Of a DNA stretch of 64,000 bases, positions 32,369 through 47,650 are shown piece after piece. Made by a program: the position numbers and the translations under genes. The notes under the pieces are model-generated. The model worked only from the letters and a program-made list of their open reading frames with translations. It did not search any database and was not told the origin of the DNA. The number at the start of each line of letters is the position of its first letter. The stretch's first letter is position 1. Source of the DNA: Candidatus Eremiobacteria bacterium (lineage in GTDB: Bacteria; Vulcanimicrobiota; Vulcanimicrobiia; Vulcanimicrobiales; Vulcanimicrobiaceae); the NCBI GenBank assembly GCA_963758295.1, contig CAVWUU010000001.1, forward strand, positions 448,001 through 512,000, in the 5' to 3' direction.

Positions 32369-34628
32369 GCCCGTCTGTGAGAACCATGGTTGCCGCGTTC
32401 TCGTCTGTGCGATAAACCCTCGCGCCAAAATGTTCGAGGGTTTCGATAGTCGACGGCGCGGGATGACCGAACAAGTTATGCCGGCCGACGGAGATAATCG
32501 CGAACGCGGGTGAACGGCAGCGATGAATTCCGGCGACGAGCTGTAAGCAGATCCATGATGGCCAACTTTCAGCCCATCGGCGTGAAGATCGATTCCTTCG
32601 CTCCAGGAAGCGTCGCTCCGCTGCAACGCCGGCGTCCCCAGTGAACAGCATCCGGAATTTGAGATACTGCAAGATGAACGCGACGGAATTGTCGTTGATG
32701 GCGTTCTTGCCGTCGATGAACGGCAATGATGGACCGATGAACGTCAACGTCACGCCGTCGTGCGTCCGCCAGACGATCCCCGCACGCGGTTCGACGACGG
32801 GAGCATGATCCGCAGCAGCCGTGTCAAGACAATCGTGATACGCGTGGCCGCCATAGCTTTGTCCGCTATCGGCAATCTCCGCCAACGCGTAACGCGCGCA
32901 GCACCGGCGCACACCCGCCAACATGGTCGCCGTGCGGATGCGTAATGATAATTGCATCAAGCCGATGAACGCCTTCGCGAAGCAGAAAAGGGGCGACGAT
33001 GCGTTCGCCGATCTGCTCGGCTTGCGAATCGCTGCCGGAAGCGCCTCGCTCTAGACGGCCTCCTGTGTCTACGAGGATCGCGTGATGCGCCGGCGTTTCG
33101 ATTGCAATGGCATCCGCCTGACCAACATCCAGGATGGTTATTTTTAATCTGTGGTCGTCGACTCGAGGCGGCCAGAGCACGTAGGACGTCGTGATGAGCG
33201 CTAGTGCAATTGCGGCCGTCGGTGAGCCGCGTCGCCAGAACGCGGCACCGGCCAGAAGTGAAAGCTCATACGATGCTATCGCCCACGACGGCGCCGGGGT
33301 CATTGGAATCGTGGCAGCCGGCGCAGAAGAAAGAAGCTGGACCGCGGTCGTTATCCAAGCGATGAGCCAGCTATTCACGTTCGCGAATGCTTGTGCAATT
33401 GCCGGTAAGGGCGACGTTAGCAGTTGGGCACCGCCAAGCGCCATCGTGATGGGTACGCATGGCACAACCGCAATGTTTGCAAGCAGCGCGTAGGGCGTAA
33501 ATTGCAGAAAAACCGAAGCAGTTACCGGCCACGTTCCCAATTGCGTTGCAAGCGTTAGCACTACCGCTTCCTTCGCTTGCGCCGGAAGGGAGACGCGGCG
33601 TAAAGCATCATGAAGGATCGGTGACAGAGCGAATATGGCGCCGACGCAGGAGAACGACAGCCAAAAAGACGCGGACGTAACATCGAAAGGTGCAACCACT
33701 ACAATTAGCAGCACGGCAGCCGCAAGAGCGTTCCAAGATAAAAGCGGACGGCCCGCAGCACGTGCCGCAAGCGCCATCGTCGCCATCATCGCCGCGCGCA
33801 TCGCCGGTATATGCAGTCCGCTCGCCGCGGCGAAGAGCCAAACGCCCGCGATAGCAATAGTGCATGCCGCGGGCCGCGGAAACTCCGGCAAAGCCGCAGA
33901 GCGCCGCAAGTAAAGCAGCAACGAGTCCGACGTGAAGTCCGGCGGTCACTAAAACATGAACCGTTCCGGTTTCCTGAAATTCGCGGCGCAAGTCGGGCGC
34001 TAAGGAGGCCCGTTCGCCCCACAATTCGCCCGCAATAATCGCTGCGCCCGGATCGCCGAGCTGCGCCTGCAGCTGCGCGAACATTTGCGCCTTTAAGCGC
34101 GCAATAGATGCAAGCATCCCTGAACCGTCGCCCAGACGTTCGACGATCGTTGCGTTGTCGATGCGCGCCGCTAAACCGTTCTCTCGCTCGATGTCGCGTT
34201 GGCTGGGTTCGCCGGGATTGCGAGGTCCATCGAACGGTTCGAGTCTTCCACGAATGCCGACGCGCTCTCCGGCCGAGGCCGGTTGACGAACCGCACAGCG
34301 AACGACGGTGCCGTCGTCCAGTCGAAGAAGATCCTCGTGCAGCCCCTCCGGCGTCACGCTTTCCGCCAGGATGATGCCGTAGAACCGCTGCACGCGCGTT
34401 TCGGAGACGTTCGGTTCAGATTCTGTACGGATTACGCCGTAGGCGGTCGATGCTGCGAGGGCCAGTATCACGGCCACGCGAAACCGGCGTGGTTCCGAGC
34501 GTAGCAGTGCGGCGAGAAGGACAACGCCGCAGCAGAACGGTTGCGCGCTCGTCCGTGGGTAGCGGTGCTCCTAGCAGCGCACCAAGCAGCGCGGATGCGG
34601 CGAACCAGGTGAGCGAGAGCCCGGACAT
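32319..34628 (-). CDS. comEC: DNA internalization competence protein ComEC/Rec2 (frameshifted in assembly)
   Basis: RNPGE, FQETGTVHVLVTAGLHVG, SFWLSF, LDVGQADA, THPHGDHVGG, NDNS, FTGDAG and KVGHHGS. Confidence 0.92.
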
Positions 34629-34683
34629 GGGTAGAACATCTGTGACGCCCTGGGCTTTGAACTAGAGCGAAAGGATTTGTTTC

Positions 34684-35620
34684 GTGCGTATCATCGTCAC
34701 CGGCGGAGCCGGCTTCATCGGCTCTCACATCGTAGACGCCTACCTGGCGAGCCGGACACGAAGTGCTTGTCCTGGATTCGCTTTGGGAGCACGGCGGCGG
34801 CCGTCGCGCGAATGTTCCGGAACGCGCGTCCTTCCTTCACATGGACATCCGCGACGAAAACATCGCGCGAATCTTTTTCGAATTCCGCCCGGAAATCGTC
34901 AGCCACCACGCTGCACAGCACTCCGTTGCGATTTCGTCGCGCGATCCGAAGATTGACGCCGATGTGAACGTCATCGGGCTGTTAAACGTGCTCGACAATC
35001 GGTAAAAAACGGCGTCAAGAAAGTCGATATTCGCGTCGAGCGGCGCAACCTTTGGAACTCCGGAGCATTTCCCGATCACGGAAAACACGCCGCAGAATCC
35101 TACGTCGCCGTACGGCATCACGAAAATGGTGGCCGAACACTATCTGCGCTTTTATAAAGAAGAGAAGGGCCTCGATTTTACGGCCCTGCGATACGGCAAC
35201 GTCTACGGCCCGCGTCAGGACCCGAACGGCGAAGCCGGCGTTATTTCGATTTTTATCGGAAAGTTCTTAAAGCACGAAGGCATTCGCATCGACTGGGACG
35301 GCGAACAAACGCGCGATTACGTCTTTGTCAAAGACGTGGCGAAGGCAAATCTGTTGGCGCTCGAGGGCGGCTCCGGAAAATGCTACGTCATCGGAACGAA
35401 CCGCAAGACGAGCGTGAACGACATCTACCGTTCGCTCGTGCAGATCAGCGGTTTCGAAGCGCCGGTGACCCACGCGCCCCGTCGCGCAGGTGATGCGCGC
35501 GACGCGCAATTCGATTCGGCGCTGGCAAAAGCGGAATTGGGATGGGCGCCGCAGACCGCGCTGCTAGACGGCATGCGTGAGACCTACGACTACTTTAAGG
35601 CGTTATACGTTCCGGCATAG
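34684..35620 (+). CDS. NAD-dependent epimerase/dehydratase (UDP-glucose 4-epimerase-like; frameshifted)
   Basis: IVTGGAGFIGSH, HHAAQ, SPYGITK, LRYGNVYGPRQDPNGEAGV. Confidence 0.9.
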
Positions 35621-36870
35621 GCAACGTCGCCGCCGTTGATGGCGGCGTCCGGCGCCGGATGAACGGCGAAACGTGCTCCGGACGGAAGCCCACGCCGACG
35701 ATGCGCGCCGGCAGCCGCTGCAGAAGCGGCATCTTACTCAAGACATGAAGCGGCCACGGCGCGTGTTCGGGAGCCGTTGTCGACGATAGAATCCGCGCGA
35801 TAAGGCGCTTCTGCACGAATACTTGCATGGCTTGCGTCATCTTCGTCGGCCATTCGCGCCGCTGTTGAATCTTGGCCAACGTTTCGTCTGAAACGGCGGC
35901 GGCCGTCGCAAACGCTGGTGCGAGAATATTCCGGCTGCTACCGCGTCTTGGATAGCGAGATTAATGCCGACGCCGCCGATCGGTGACATTGCATGCGCTG
36001 CGTCGCCGATGAACAAAATGCCGGGCCGATACCATTGCTCGAGCCGGTCTACTTTCACTTCGAGCAGCTTGATGTCGTCCCAGTCGTTCACTTCGTGAAC
36101 GCGCGATGCGAGAAACGGGGCAATGCGCGTCGATCTTTTGATGGAACGCTTCGAGTCCTTGCGCACGCACGGTTCAAGAGTGCCTTTCGCAATGACGTAG
36201 GCGACCTGCCAGTAGTCATCGCGATTGAGCGCCACTAAAATGGGACCCTGCCTACGAACTCCCGAGTACGGCATTGCGATCGGCCGGCTCGCGCGAAGTC
36301 GTAACCACAGCACATCCATCGGCGCGCCGATGTCCTGCACGTTGAATCCGCGCGCTCGCGCACGTGGAGGACGTCCGTCCGCGCCCACGACCAGATCCGC
36401 GCGAAATTCGGCCGGTCCTGTAAGGAGTCTCGGCTTTCACGCCCACGACGCGCCCGTTTCCTCGATCAGGCCCGTGACCTTGGCCGAGCATGAAGAGAGA
36501 AAGCCGGGCATTTCCGCGCATGGCCGGCAATAAAATCGAGAAAGTCCCACTGCGGCATCAGCGCGATAATAGGGACATTTCGCCGGTAGGTGGGTGAAGT
36601 CGCCGATGACGGTATTGCTTGTCCTCGATCACGCCGCCGACCTGCTTCACCACGTTGTGCGGCACGGCGAGGAACTCGTCGAGCAGCCCGAGCTCGTGCA
36701 TCAGCTCGAGGGTGGAGGGATGAACGGTGTCGCCGCGGAAATCGCGCAGGAAGTCCCGTGCTTTTCCAGCACGGCGACGCACGCCGGCGCGCGCGAGCAG
36801 AAAACCGAGCATCATGCCCGCCGGTCCACCGCCGACGATGCAGCAGCGCGTCGAAATTCCGGTGGGCTAT
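35595..36870 (-). CDS. FAD-dependent monooxygenase/oxidoreductase (frameshifted)
   Basis: GGGPAGMMLGFLLARAG, DFLRDFRGDTVHP, GADGR, IGDAAHAMSPIGGVGINLAIQDAVA. Confidence 0.85.
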
Positions 36871-36880
36871 TCCATCGGCT

Positions 36881-39386
<2,506 letters not shown>

Positions 39387-39461
39387 AGGGAGCATGGTAA
39401 TGGCGCCACGGCGTTCGCCGGCTACCTTTCCGGTCGGGGGCCGCCGCGTGATAGAGCGCGT

Positions 39462-40086
39462 ATGGTTCGCATTGCCGTCGTGGCCGCCGTCTTGCTCTTG
39501 GCCGCCTTTGCCGTGTGGCATCCCGCCGCCAAGCCAGCCGCCGCTTTCCGTCGCGAGCCCGCTGCCGGCGCGCACATCGTGCCGCCCGGAACGACGCTCC
39601 ACGCAGCGGCTGCCGGCCGCGGTCGTTTACGTGGCCGGTGCGGTGCTGCACCCGGGACTCTATCGGTTCAGCCGAGGTGCCCGTGTCGACGACGCGGTGC
39701 GGCTAGCCGGCGGCTTACGCCGCGACGCCGACCCGCTCGGCGTAAATCTGGCGGCGCATGTCGCAAGACGGCGATGAGATCGCGGTGCCGCACGCCGGAC
39801 GAGAGAGTTCGCGGTGCGAACACGCGTCGGGCCTCACGAGCGCGTCGGCCGCGCCAAAGAGCAGCCGCCGGCGCCCTCGAGCGTGGACGTGAACACGGCC
39901 AATGCGCCAACGCTTGCAACGGTCCCGGGCATAGGCGCGGCGATCGCGCAGCGCATCGTCGTGATGCGCGAGCGGATGGCGCCATTCGAATCGCTCGATC
40001 AGTTGCTCGACGTTGCCGGTATGACGCGCGCACGACTCGACCGGGCGAGCATCGTATCTTGCGATATGATAGAACGCGCAGGGTGA
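39462..40086 (+). CDS. comEA: ComEA DNA-binding competence protein (SLBB + HhH; frameshifted)
   Basis: N-terminal TM, VYVAGAVLHPGLY..RVDDAV..GG, VDVNTA..LATVPGIG..AQRIV. Confidence 0.85.
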
Positions 40087-40111
40087 CTCCCGGCGAAGCG
40101 AATTCGGACCG

Positions 40112-41909
<1,798 letters not shown>

Positions 41910-41917
<8 letters not shown>

Positions 41918-42341
41918 GAACGATTTTCCCATGTCGCGCCGCGTCGACGAAGTTCTCCGCGGTCCGATCAAGAGCAAGACCGTTTTCCCGGTGCTGCTCC
42001 TGCACTTGATTCAAGAACAGCCCGATCACGGATACGGTCTGATGCAACGAATCGAGTCGATCTGCGGCGATTTGGTCGCGGTAAACACAAACAAAATCTA
42101 TCCGCTGCTGCGCCGCTTGGAAGAACGTGGATTCGTAACCGCGACGTGGGATCACCCCACGAAGCGCTCGCGCCGCGTGTATTCGATCACCACGCAGGGC
42201 GAAGAACGGCTGCAGCGCATCAAGGGGTCCATGCTGCCGTACCTAGAGTCGATCGAGCGGGCCGTGGGCCGTCTGAAGAACGAGCTGTATCGTTCGATGG
42301 GGGGCGAACATGCCGTTTCTCGCGCTCGTTCATCTTCGTGA
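41910..42341 (+). CDS. PadR family transcriptional regulator
   Basis: HGYGL..IYPLLRRLEERG..RRVYSITTQG. Confidence 0.9.
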
Positions 42342-42597
42342 CCTGCGCTGCGAGCAGTGCAACGAGCCGTTGGCTACGGCAGGCGCGCGTTCGTTCGTAG
42401 TAGACGCGAGCGGCGACCCGATCAATTTTTCTCAAGAAGAGCCGCCCGAGGAGATGACGGTGGAGATCCTGTGTCCGAACGGGCACGAAACTCCGCTCTA
42501 CATCCCCAACGAGATCGCGGCCGAAGAAACGCTCGTAACTCCGGTGGATGCGCCGGTCGCGCGCGACGCAATACTAGTGCCAGGCGAAGTTCCCTAA
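42310..42597 (+). CDS. Small putative Zn-binding protein
   Basis: CEQC ... CPNGH. Confidence 0.6.
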   Translation: MPFLALVHLRDLRCEQCNEPLATAGARSFVVDASGDPINFSQEEPPEEMTVEILCPNGHETPLYIPNEIAAEETLVTPVDAPVARDAILVPGEVP

Positions 42598-42641
42598 CGC
42601 TTCTGAAGGAAGCCAGGGTTCCGGGGTTCGATTTACGCCCT

Positions 42642-44195
42642 ATGAATCGTGCGCTTTCCGTAATGCTCTTAGCGGCATTGCTCGGCTCGTCTGTTGCCGC
42701 GCGTGCCGCCGATCCGCCTGCGAAGCAACCCGCACCGGCGGTCGCAGCGCCGCAACCCGAAGATCCGGGAGCGACGCCTGACGCAGTAACCTCTCATACT
42801 ATTACCCTCGGCGGGCACGCCATTGCGTACACCGCGAGAGCGGGCACCCTTACGCTCTACGATCAGGATGAAAAGCCGACGGCGCGCGTGTTCTACACGG
42901 CGTTCACAAGCGACGCGGGCAACCCGCTCACGCGTCCGGTTACTTTCATCTACAACGGCGGTCCGGGCAGCTCGACGATGTGGCTGCGAATGGGTTCCGT
43001 TGGACCCGTTCGCGTTCAGGCGGCAAACGGCGCCGCGTCGGGACCGCCCCCGTACCGTATTGCTGATAATCCGTACAGTTTGCTCGATAAGAGCGACCTT
43101 GTCTTCATCGATATGCCGGACAGCGGCTTCGGCCGTATCCTTAACGGCAAAGAGAAAGATTTCTTCGGCGTCGATCAAGACGTCGAGGCGTTCACGCAAT
43201 TCATCTCGCGGTATATCAGCCGCTTCGATCGTTGGAACTCGCCGAAGTTCTTGTTCGGTGAGAGCTACGGAACGACGCGGTCGGCTGCGCTCGCTGATAG
43301 CTTGATGAATCAAGGCATCGCGCTCAACGGCGTGATCCTGCAGTCGTCGATTCTGAACTTCGGCTTGGATTACGGCAACGGCGATCCGATCGGCGGCGGT
43401 GACTGGCCGTACGTGCTATATCTACCGACCGAAGCCGCAACGGCGTGGTATCACAACAAAGTTCCAAATCGTCCCGCCGATCTCGCGTCGTTCGTTGCAA
43501 GCGTGAAGCAATTCGCGCTCGGCGAGTACCTCGACGCGCTTTATAAGGGCGACAAGCTGAGCGCTTCCGAACGCGACGACGTCATTCGCAAGTTGAGCGG
43601 ATACATCGGCCTGCCGCAACAGTATATTCGTAACGCAAACATTCGCGTTTCGTACGATCGCTTCCAACGCGAGCTTTTGCGCTCGCAAGGCATCGTCGTC
43701 GGCCGTCTCGATGGACGCTATCAGACCTACGATCTCGATCGCTCCGCGCTCGCAGGTCCCGACTGGGATCCTACCGACTCGTCGATCGACGCGCCGTACA
43801 CCACGGCGATCAATCAGTACCTTCGTTACGATCTCAAATACAATCCGCCGATTCAGTATCGCGCCAATATCTACGGGATCATCTACGGCAACGGCAGTTC
43901 GTGGGACTTCTCGCACAATCACCGATATCCGACGAACGTTGCGCCCGACTTGGCCGACGTGATGACGCAAAATCCGAAGATGAAGCTGTTCTCCGCGAAC
44001 GGCTACTTCGATTTCGCTACACCGTTCTTCGCGACGGATTACACGTTGCGGCACCTGAATTTGAATCCGGCGATTCAATCCAACATTACCTACGGCTATT
44101 ATGAAGCAGGCCACATGATCTACTTGAGCGATTCCGCGCTCTCGCAATATAAAGCCGATTTGAGCCGCTGGTACGACAGCGCGCTGGGACAATAG
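42642..44195 (+). CDS. Secreted peptidase S10 (serine carboxypeptidase), paralogue 1
   Basis: YNGGPGSS, FGESYGTTR, GYFDFATP, AGHM. Confidence 0.92.
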   Translation: MNRALSVMLLAALLGSSVAARAADPPAKQPAPAVAAPQPEDPGATPDAVTSHTITLGGHAIAYTARAGTLTLYDQDEKPTARVFYTAFTSDAGNPLTRPVTFIYNGGPGSSTMWLRMGSVGPVRVQAANGAASGPPPYRIADNPYSLLDKSDLVFIDMPDSGFGRILNGKEKDFFGVDQDVEAFTQFISRYISRFDRWNSPKFLFGESYGTTRSAALADSLMNQGIALNGVILQSSILNFGLDYGNGDPIGGGDWPYVLYLPTEAATAWYHNKVPNRPADLASFVASVKQFALGEYLDALYKGDKLSASERDDVIRKLSGYIGLPQQYIRNANIRVSYDRFQRELLRSQGIVVGRLDGRYQTYDLDRSALAGPDWDPTDSSIDAPYTTAINQYLRYDLKYNPPIQYRANIYGIIYGNGSSWDFSHNHRYPTNVAPDLADVMTQNPKMKLFSANGYFDFATPFFATDYTLRHLNLNPAIQSNITYGYYEAGHMIYLSDSALSQYKADLSRWYDSALGQ

Positions 44196-44203
44196 GAGAA
44201 GCG

Positions 44204-45721
44204 ATGAAGAAGATTCGTACGATCGCGGCGGCGCTCTCTGCTGCCATGCTCATCGCAGCCGCGCCGGCCGAAAAGCCGCCGGCCTACGTTTCGCCCGCCC
44301 CGGCCGACGCGATAACGCATCACGTCGCCCATGTTGCCGGACAAACGATTCCGTACACCGCGCGTGCCGGCATGATCACCTTGCGAAACTCCAAGGAACA
44401 GATCACGGGACGCATGTTCTACACCGCCTTTACGAAGGACCGCGCAAACGCGACGAACCGTCCGGTGACGTTCTTCTACAACGGCGGCCCCGGCAGTTCG
44501 ACGGTTTGGCTCCGCATGGGCTCCTTTGCGCCGATGCGCGTGGAAACGTCGAACTACAAATCGATCCCGAACGCGCCGTTCCGGCTCATCGAGAACAACT
44601 ACAGCCTCCTCGATAAGAGTGACTTGGTCTTCGTCGATGCGCCTAATACCGGTTGGAGCCGCGTGCTCGGCGCGGGCGATCCGAAGGATTTCATGGGCAT
44701 AGACCAAGACGGCCGCGCGTTCTCCCAATTCATTCAACGGTACGTTTCGCAATTCGGCCGGTGGAATTCGCCGAAGTTCCTCTTCGGTGAAAGCTACGGC
44801 ACGACGCGCGATTGCGTGCTCGTCAACATGCTCCAAGACGCCGGCGTGCAGATGAACGGCGTCGTGCTGCTCTCTTCGATCTTGAACTTCGGTTTGGGCG
44901 GCCTCGGAGGCGGACAGCCGATCGGCGGCGGCGATTGGTCTTACGTGACGTATCTTCCGAGCGAAGCTGCGGTCGCGTGGTACCACCACAAGGCCGGCCA
45001 AGGGCAGAGCTTGCCGCAGTTCTTGAAGGCCGTCGAGGGCTTCGCCGGCGGCCAATACCTGCACGATCTTGCGCAAGGCGCCGATCTCAGCCAGTCCCAA
45101 TTCAATGCCGACGTTTCACGTTTACACCAATACCTTGGCCTTTCCGAAGACTACATTCGAAATGCTAATCTTCGCGTTTCGTATCCACGCTTCGAACAGG
45201 CTCTGCTGCGCAATCAGGATACGATCGTCGGACGCTACGATGGCCGCTACACCACCTATGCGCTCGATCGTAACGCCGATACGCCCGACTGGGATCCATC
45301 GGACGTCGGCATTTCGGGCGCCTTCGTAGCACTCGGCAACGATTACATGCGTAACACGCTGAAGTACCAAACGAACATGCAGTACCGTCCGACGTCGTAC
45401 GGCGGCGAACTGGGCGCGCGTTGGGACATGAAGCACAACGGTCAAGATCCGCCGGCGAACGTTACGCCGGACCTGGCGACGGCCATGACGACGAATCCGC
45501 ACCTCTATGTGTTTTCGGGCAACGGCTACTTCGATTTCGCGACGCCGTTCTTCGCGACGCAGTACACTCTCCAACATATGGGTCTTGCGCCGGAACTCCA
45601 AAACCACATCACCTTCGGGTTCTATCCGTCGGGACACATGGTGTACCTCAATCCGCAGGCACTCGTCCAATTCAAGGGTGACTTGAGCCGGTGGTACGAT
45701 ATGGTGCTCGCGCACCGGTAA
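44204..45721 (+). CDS. Secreted peptidase S10, paralogue 2
   Basis: Same motifs as paralogue 1; GGAG RBS; signal peptide. Confidence 0.92.
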   Translation: MKKIRTIAAALSAAMLIAAAPAEKPPAYVSPAPADAITHHVAHVAGQTIPYTARAGMITLRNSKEQITGRMFYTAFTKDRANATNRPVTFFYNGGPGSSTVWLRMGSFAPMRVETSNYKSIPNAPFRLIENNYSLLDKSDLVFVDAPNTGWSRVLGAGDPKDFMGIDQDGRAFSQFIQRYVSQFGRWNSPKFLFGESYGTTRDCVLVNMLQDAGVQMNGVVLLSSILNFGLGGLGGGQPIGGGDWSYVTYLPSEAAVAWYHHKAGQGQSLPQFLKAVEGFAGGQYLHDLAQGADLSQSQFNADVSRLHQYLGLSEDYIRNANLRVSYPRFEQALLRNQDTIVGRYDGRYTTYALDRNADTPDWDPSDVGISGAFVALGNDYMRNTLKYQTNMQYRPTSYGGELGARWDMKHNGQDPPANVTPDLATAMTTNPHLYVFSGNGYFDFATPFFATQYTLQHMGLAPELQNHITFGFYPSGHMVYLNPQALVQFKGDLSRWYDMVLAHR

Positions 45722-45740
45722 AGCACACGGACCGTGAAGA

Positions 45741-45774
45741 AGAGTCGCAGCCCCGCTGCGGCTCTTTTTTCTTT
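45741..45774 (+). terminator. Rho-independent terminator
   Basis: AGAGTCGCAGC-CCC-GCTGCGGCTCT hairpin followed by a T-run. Confidence 0.75.
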
Positions 45775-45802
45775 GCAGAAAAAGGGTGGGTGATTTTTTG
45801 CG

Positions 45803-47629
45803 ATGCGTGAAGTATCGGGTGTGACCACCGGAGAGCTTGGGGAAGCCCTCAAACACCACTTCGGCCATGAATCGTTCCGCCCGCTTCAACGCGAAATCGT
45901 AGAAGCTGCGCTCGCCGGCGACGACGTGGTGGCGCTGCTGCCTACCGGCGGCGGCAAGTCGCTGTGCTATCAACTGCCGGCGATACTCGAGGAAGGATTG
46001 ACGCTCGTCGTCTCGCCGCTTATCGCCTTGATGAAGGATCAGGTCGACGCCCTCACGGCTAACGGCATCCCCGCCACATTTCTAAACAGTTCGCTCGATG
46101 CATCCGCTGCAAGGGAGCGCATCGACGCGTTGAACCGCGGCGAATTCAAGCTTCTCTATGTTGCGCCGGAGCGCATTGCGCTCTCGGGCTTTCTGGCCGG
46201 TCTCGACCGGTGGAACCTGCGGCGGATCGTCGTGGACGAAGCGCACTGCGTGAGCGAATGGGGTCATGATTTCCGTCCTGAGTACCGGCGCATCGCCTCG
46301 TTGCGGGCGCGATATAGCGACGTTCCGTTGCTGGCGCTTACCGCAACGGCAACGGAGCGCGTGCAGGACGACATCGAGCGTTTTCTGGAGTTGCGAAATC
46401 CGAACCGTTTCGTCGGAAGTTTCAACCGGCCGAACTTGCGCTACAGCGTCTTCGAAAAACGCGACGCCGCCAAACAGCTGCTGGCGTGGTGTGAAGAACG
46501 CAAAAACGAAAGCGGAATCGTTTACGCCATGAGCCGGCGCGCGGCGGAAGAACTCGCCGAGCGTCTAAGCCGCGCCGGATTGCCCGCGCTTCCCTATCAT
46601 GCCGGACTGACGCCGAACCAGCGGGCGAAGAACCAAGAGTTGTTCATTCGCGACGAAGTGCGCATTATGTGCGCGACCGTCGCGTTCGGCATGGGCATCG
46701 ATAAGCCGAACGTGCGGTACGTCGCACACTTCGACATGCCGAAGAACATCGAAGGCTACTACCAAGAAACCGGACGTGCCGGCCGCGACGGCTTACCGAG
46801 CGAATGCGCGTTGTATTTTACGGGCGGTGATGCAGCGAAGCAACGGCATTTCATCCGGCAAATCGAGGACGAAGCGGAGCGCCGGCAAGCGGAGGCGCTG
46901 CTGCAAAAAATGCTGGATTTCGCCGCGAACGTTGGATGCCGGCGTCAATACCTGCTTCAGTATTTCGGCGAAACACTCGACACGTCGAATTGCGGCAACT
47001 GCGATAACTGCTTGATGCCGCCGGAAACGATCGACGCAACCGTTCCGGCCCAAAAGTTCCTCTCATGCATTTACCGCATTCGTGCGCACAGCGGTTTCTC
47101 GACCGGGATGCACCACGTAGCCGACGTGCTCGCGGGTAAGGAAACGGAGAAAGTCGTCTCGTGGGGACACCATGGACTCTCCACCTTCGGCGTCGGGTCG
47201 GAGTTTGCGAAAGACGGATGGGTCTCGCTTGGTTCCGAGTTGCTGCGCACCGGCTGGATCGAACAAGACCCGGAACGCAAGACGCTCGTGCTAACCGAGG
47301 ACGGCGTTCGCGCGCTCAAGGAACAGCGGCCGTTCAGCTTTGCCAAACGCCTTGCGATGAAAAAGTCCCGACGCGATCGCAAAGCGGTGTTCACGACGGC
47401 GGTGGCCGACGACGGCCTGTTCGAAGCTCTGCGCCGGTTGCGAAAACAGCTTGCCGATGAAGCCGGCGTCCCCCCTTACGTCGTGTTCTCCGATGCAACG
47501 CTCCGCGAATTCGCCGCAAAGAAACCGCTGAGCCTCGTGGCATTTCGAGGCATCAGCGGCGTTGGCGACGTGAAGTTGGAACGCTACGGCGACGCTTTCG
47601 TAAACGCGATCAGAGCTTACGAAGCCTGA
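45803..47629 (+). CDS. recQ: ATP-dependent DNA helicase RecQ
   Basis: [36 protein letters not shown], Zn/RQC region and HRDC domain. Confidence 0.97.
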   Translation: MREVSGVTTGELGEALKHHFGHESFRPLQREIVEAALAGDDVVALLPTGGGKSLCYQLPAILEEGLTLVVSPLIALMKDQVDALTANGIPATFLNSSLDASAARERIDALNRGEFKLLYVAPERIALSGFLAGLDRWNLRRIVVDEAHCVSEWGHDFRPEYRRIASLRARYSDVPLLALTATATERVQDDIERFLELRNPNRFVGSFNRPNLRYSVFEKRDAAKQLLAWCEERKNESGIVYAMSRRAAEELAERLSRAGLPALPYHAGLTPNQRAKNQELFIRDEVRIMCATVAFGMGIDKPNVRYVAHFDMPKNIEGYYQETGRAGRDGLPSECALYFTGGDAAKQRHFIRQIEDEAERRQAEALLQKMLDFAANVGCRRQYLLQYFGETLDTSNCGNCDNCLMPPETIDATVPAQKFLSCIYRIRAHSGFSTGMHHVADVLAGKETEKVVSWGHHGLSTFGVGSEFAKDGWVSLGSELLRTGWIEQDPERKTLVLTEDGVRALKEQRPFSFAKRLAMKKSRRDRKAVFTTAVADDGLFEALRRLRKQLADEAGVPPYVVFSDATLREFAAKKPLSLVAFRGISGVGDVKLERYGDAFVNAIRAYEA

Positions 47630-47650
47630 CCGCGCTCACGAGTAGCGCTC

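Larger units (their letters stand above)
30348..32930. mobile_element. comEC-targeted cassette 1 (att-like arm + GntR-ABC operon + replacement comEC tail), no integrase
   Basis: Left end ATAAAATCTTCCACTCACACG (30348-30368); right end inferred at the homologous G|DH position of the resident comEC. Confidence 0.65.

Noticed and set aside
15400..32400. Integrase, transposase or prophage genes
   Set aside because: No recombinase, DDE or phage motifs were recognised in any frame.
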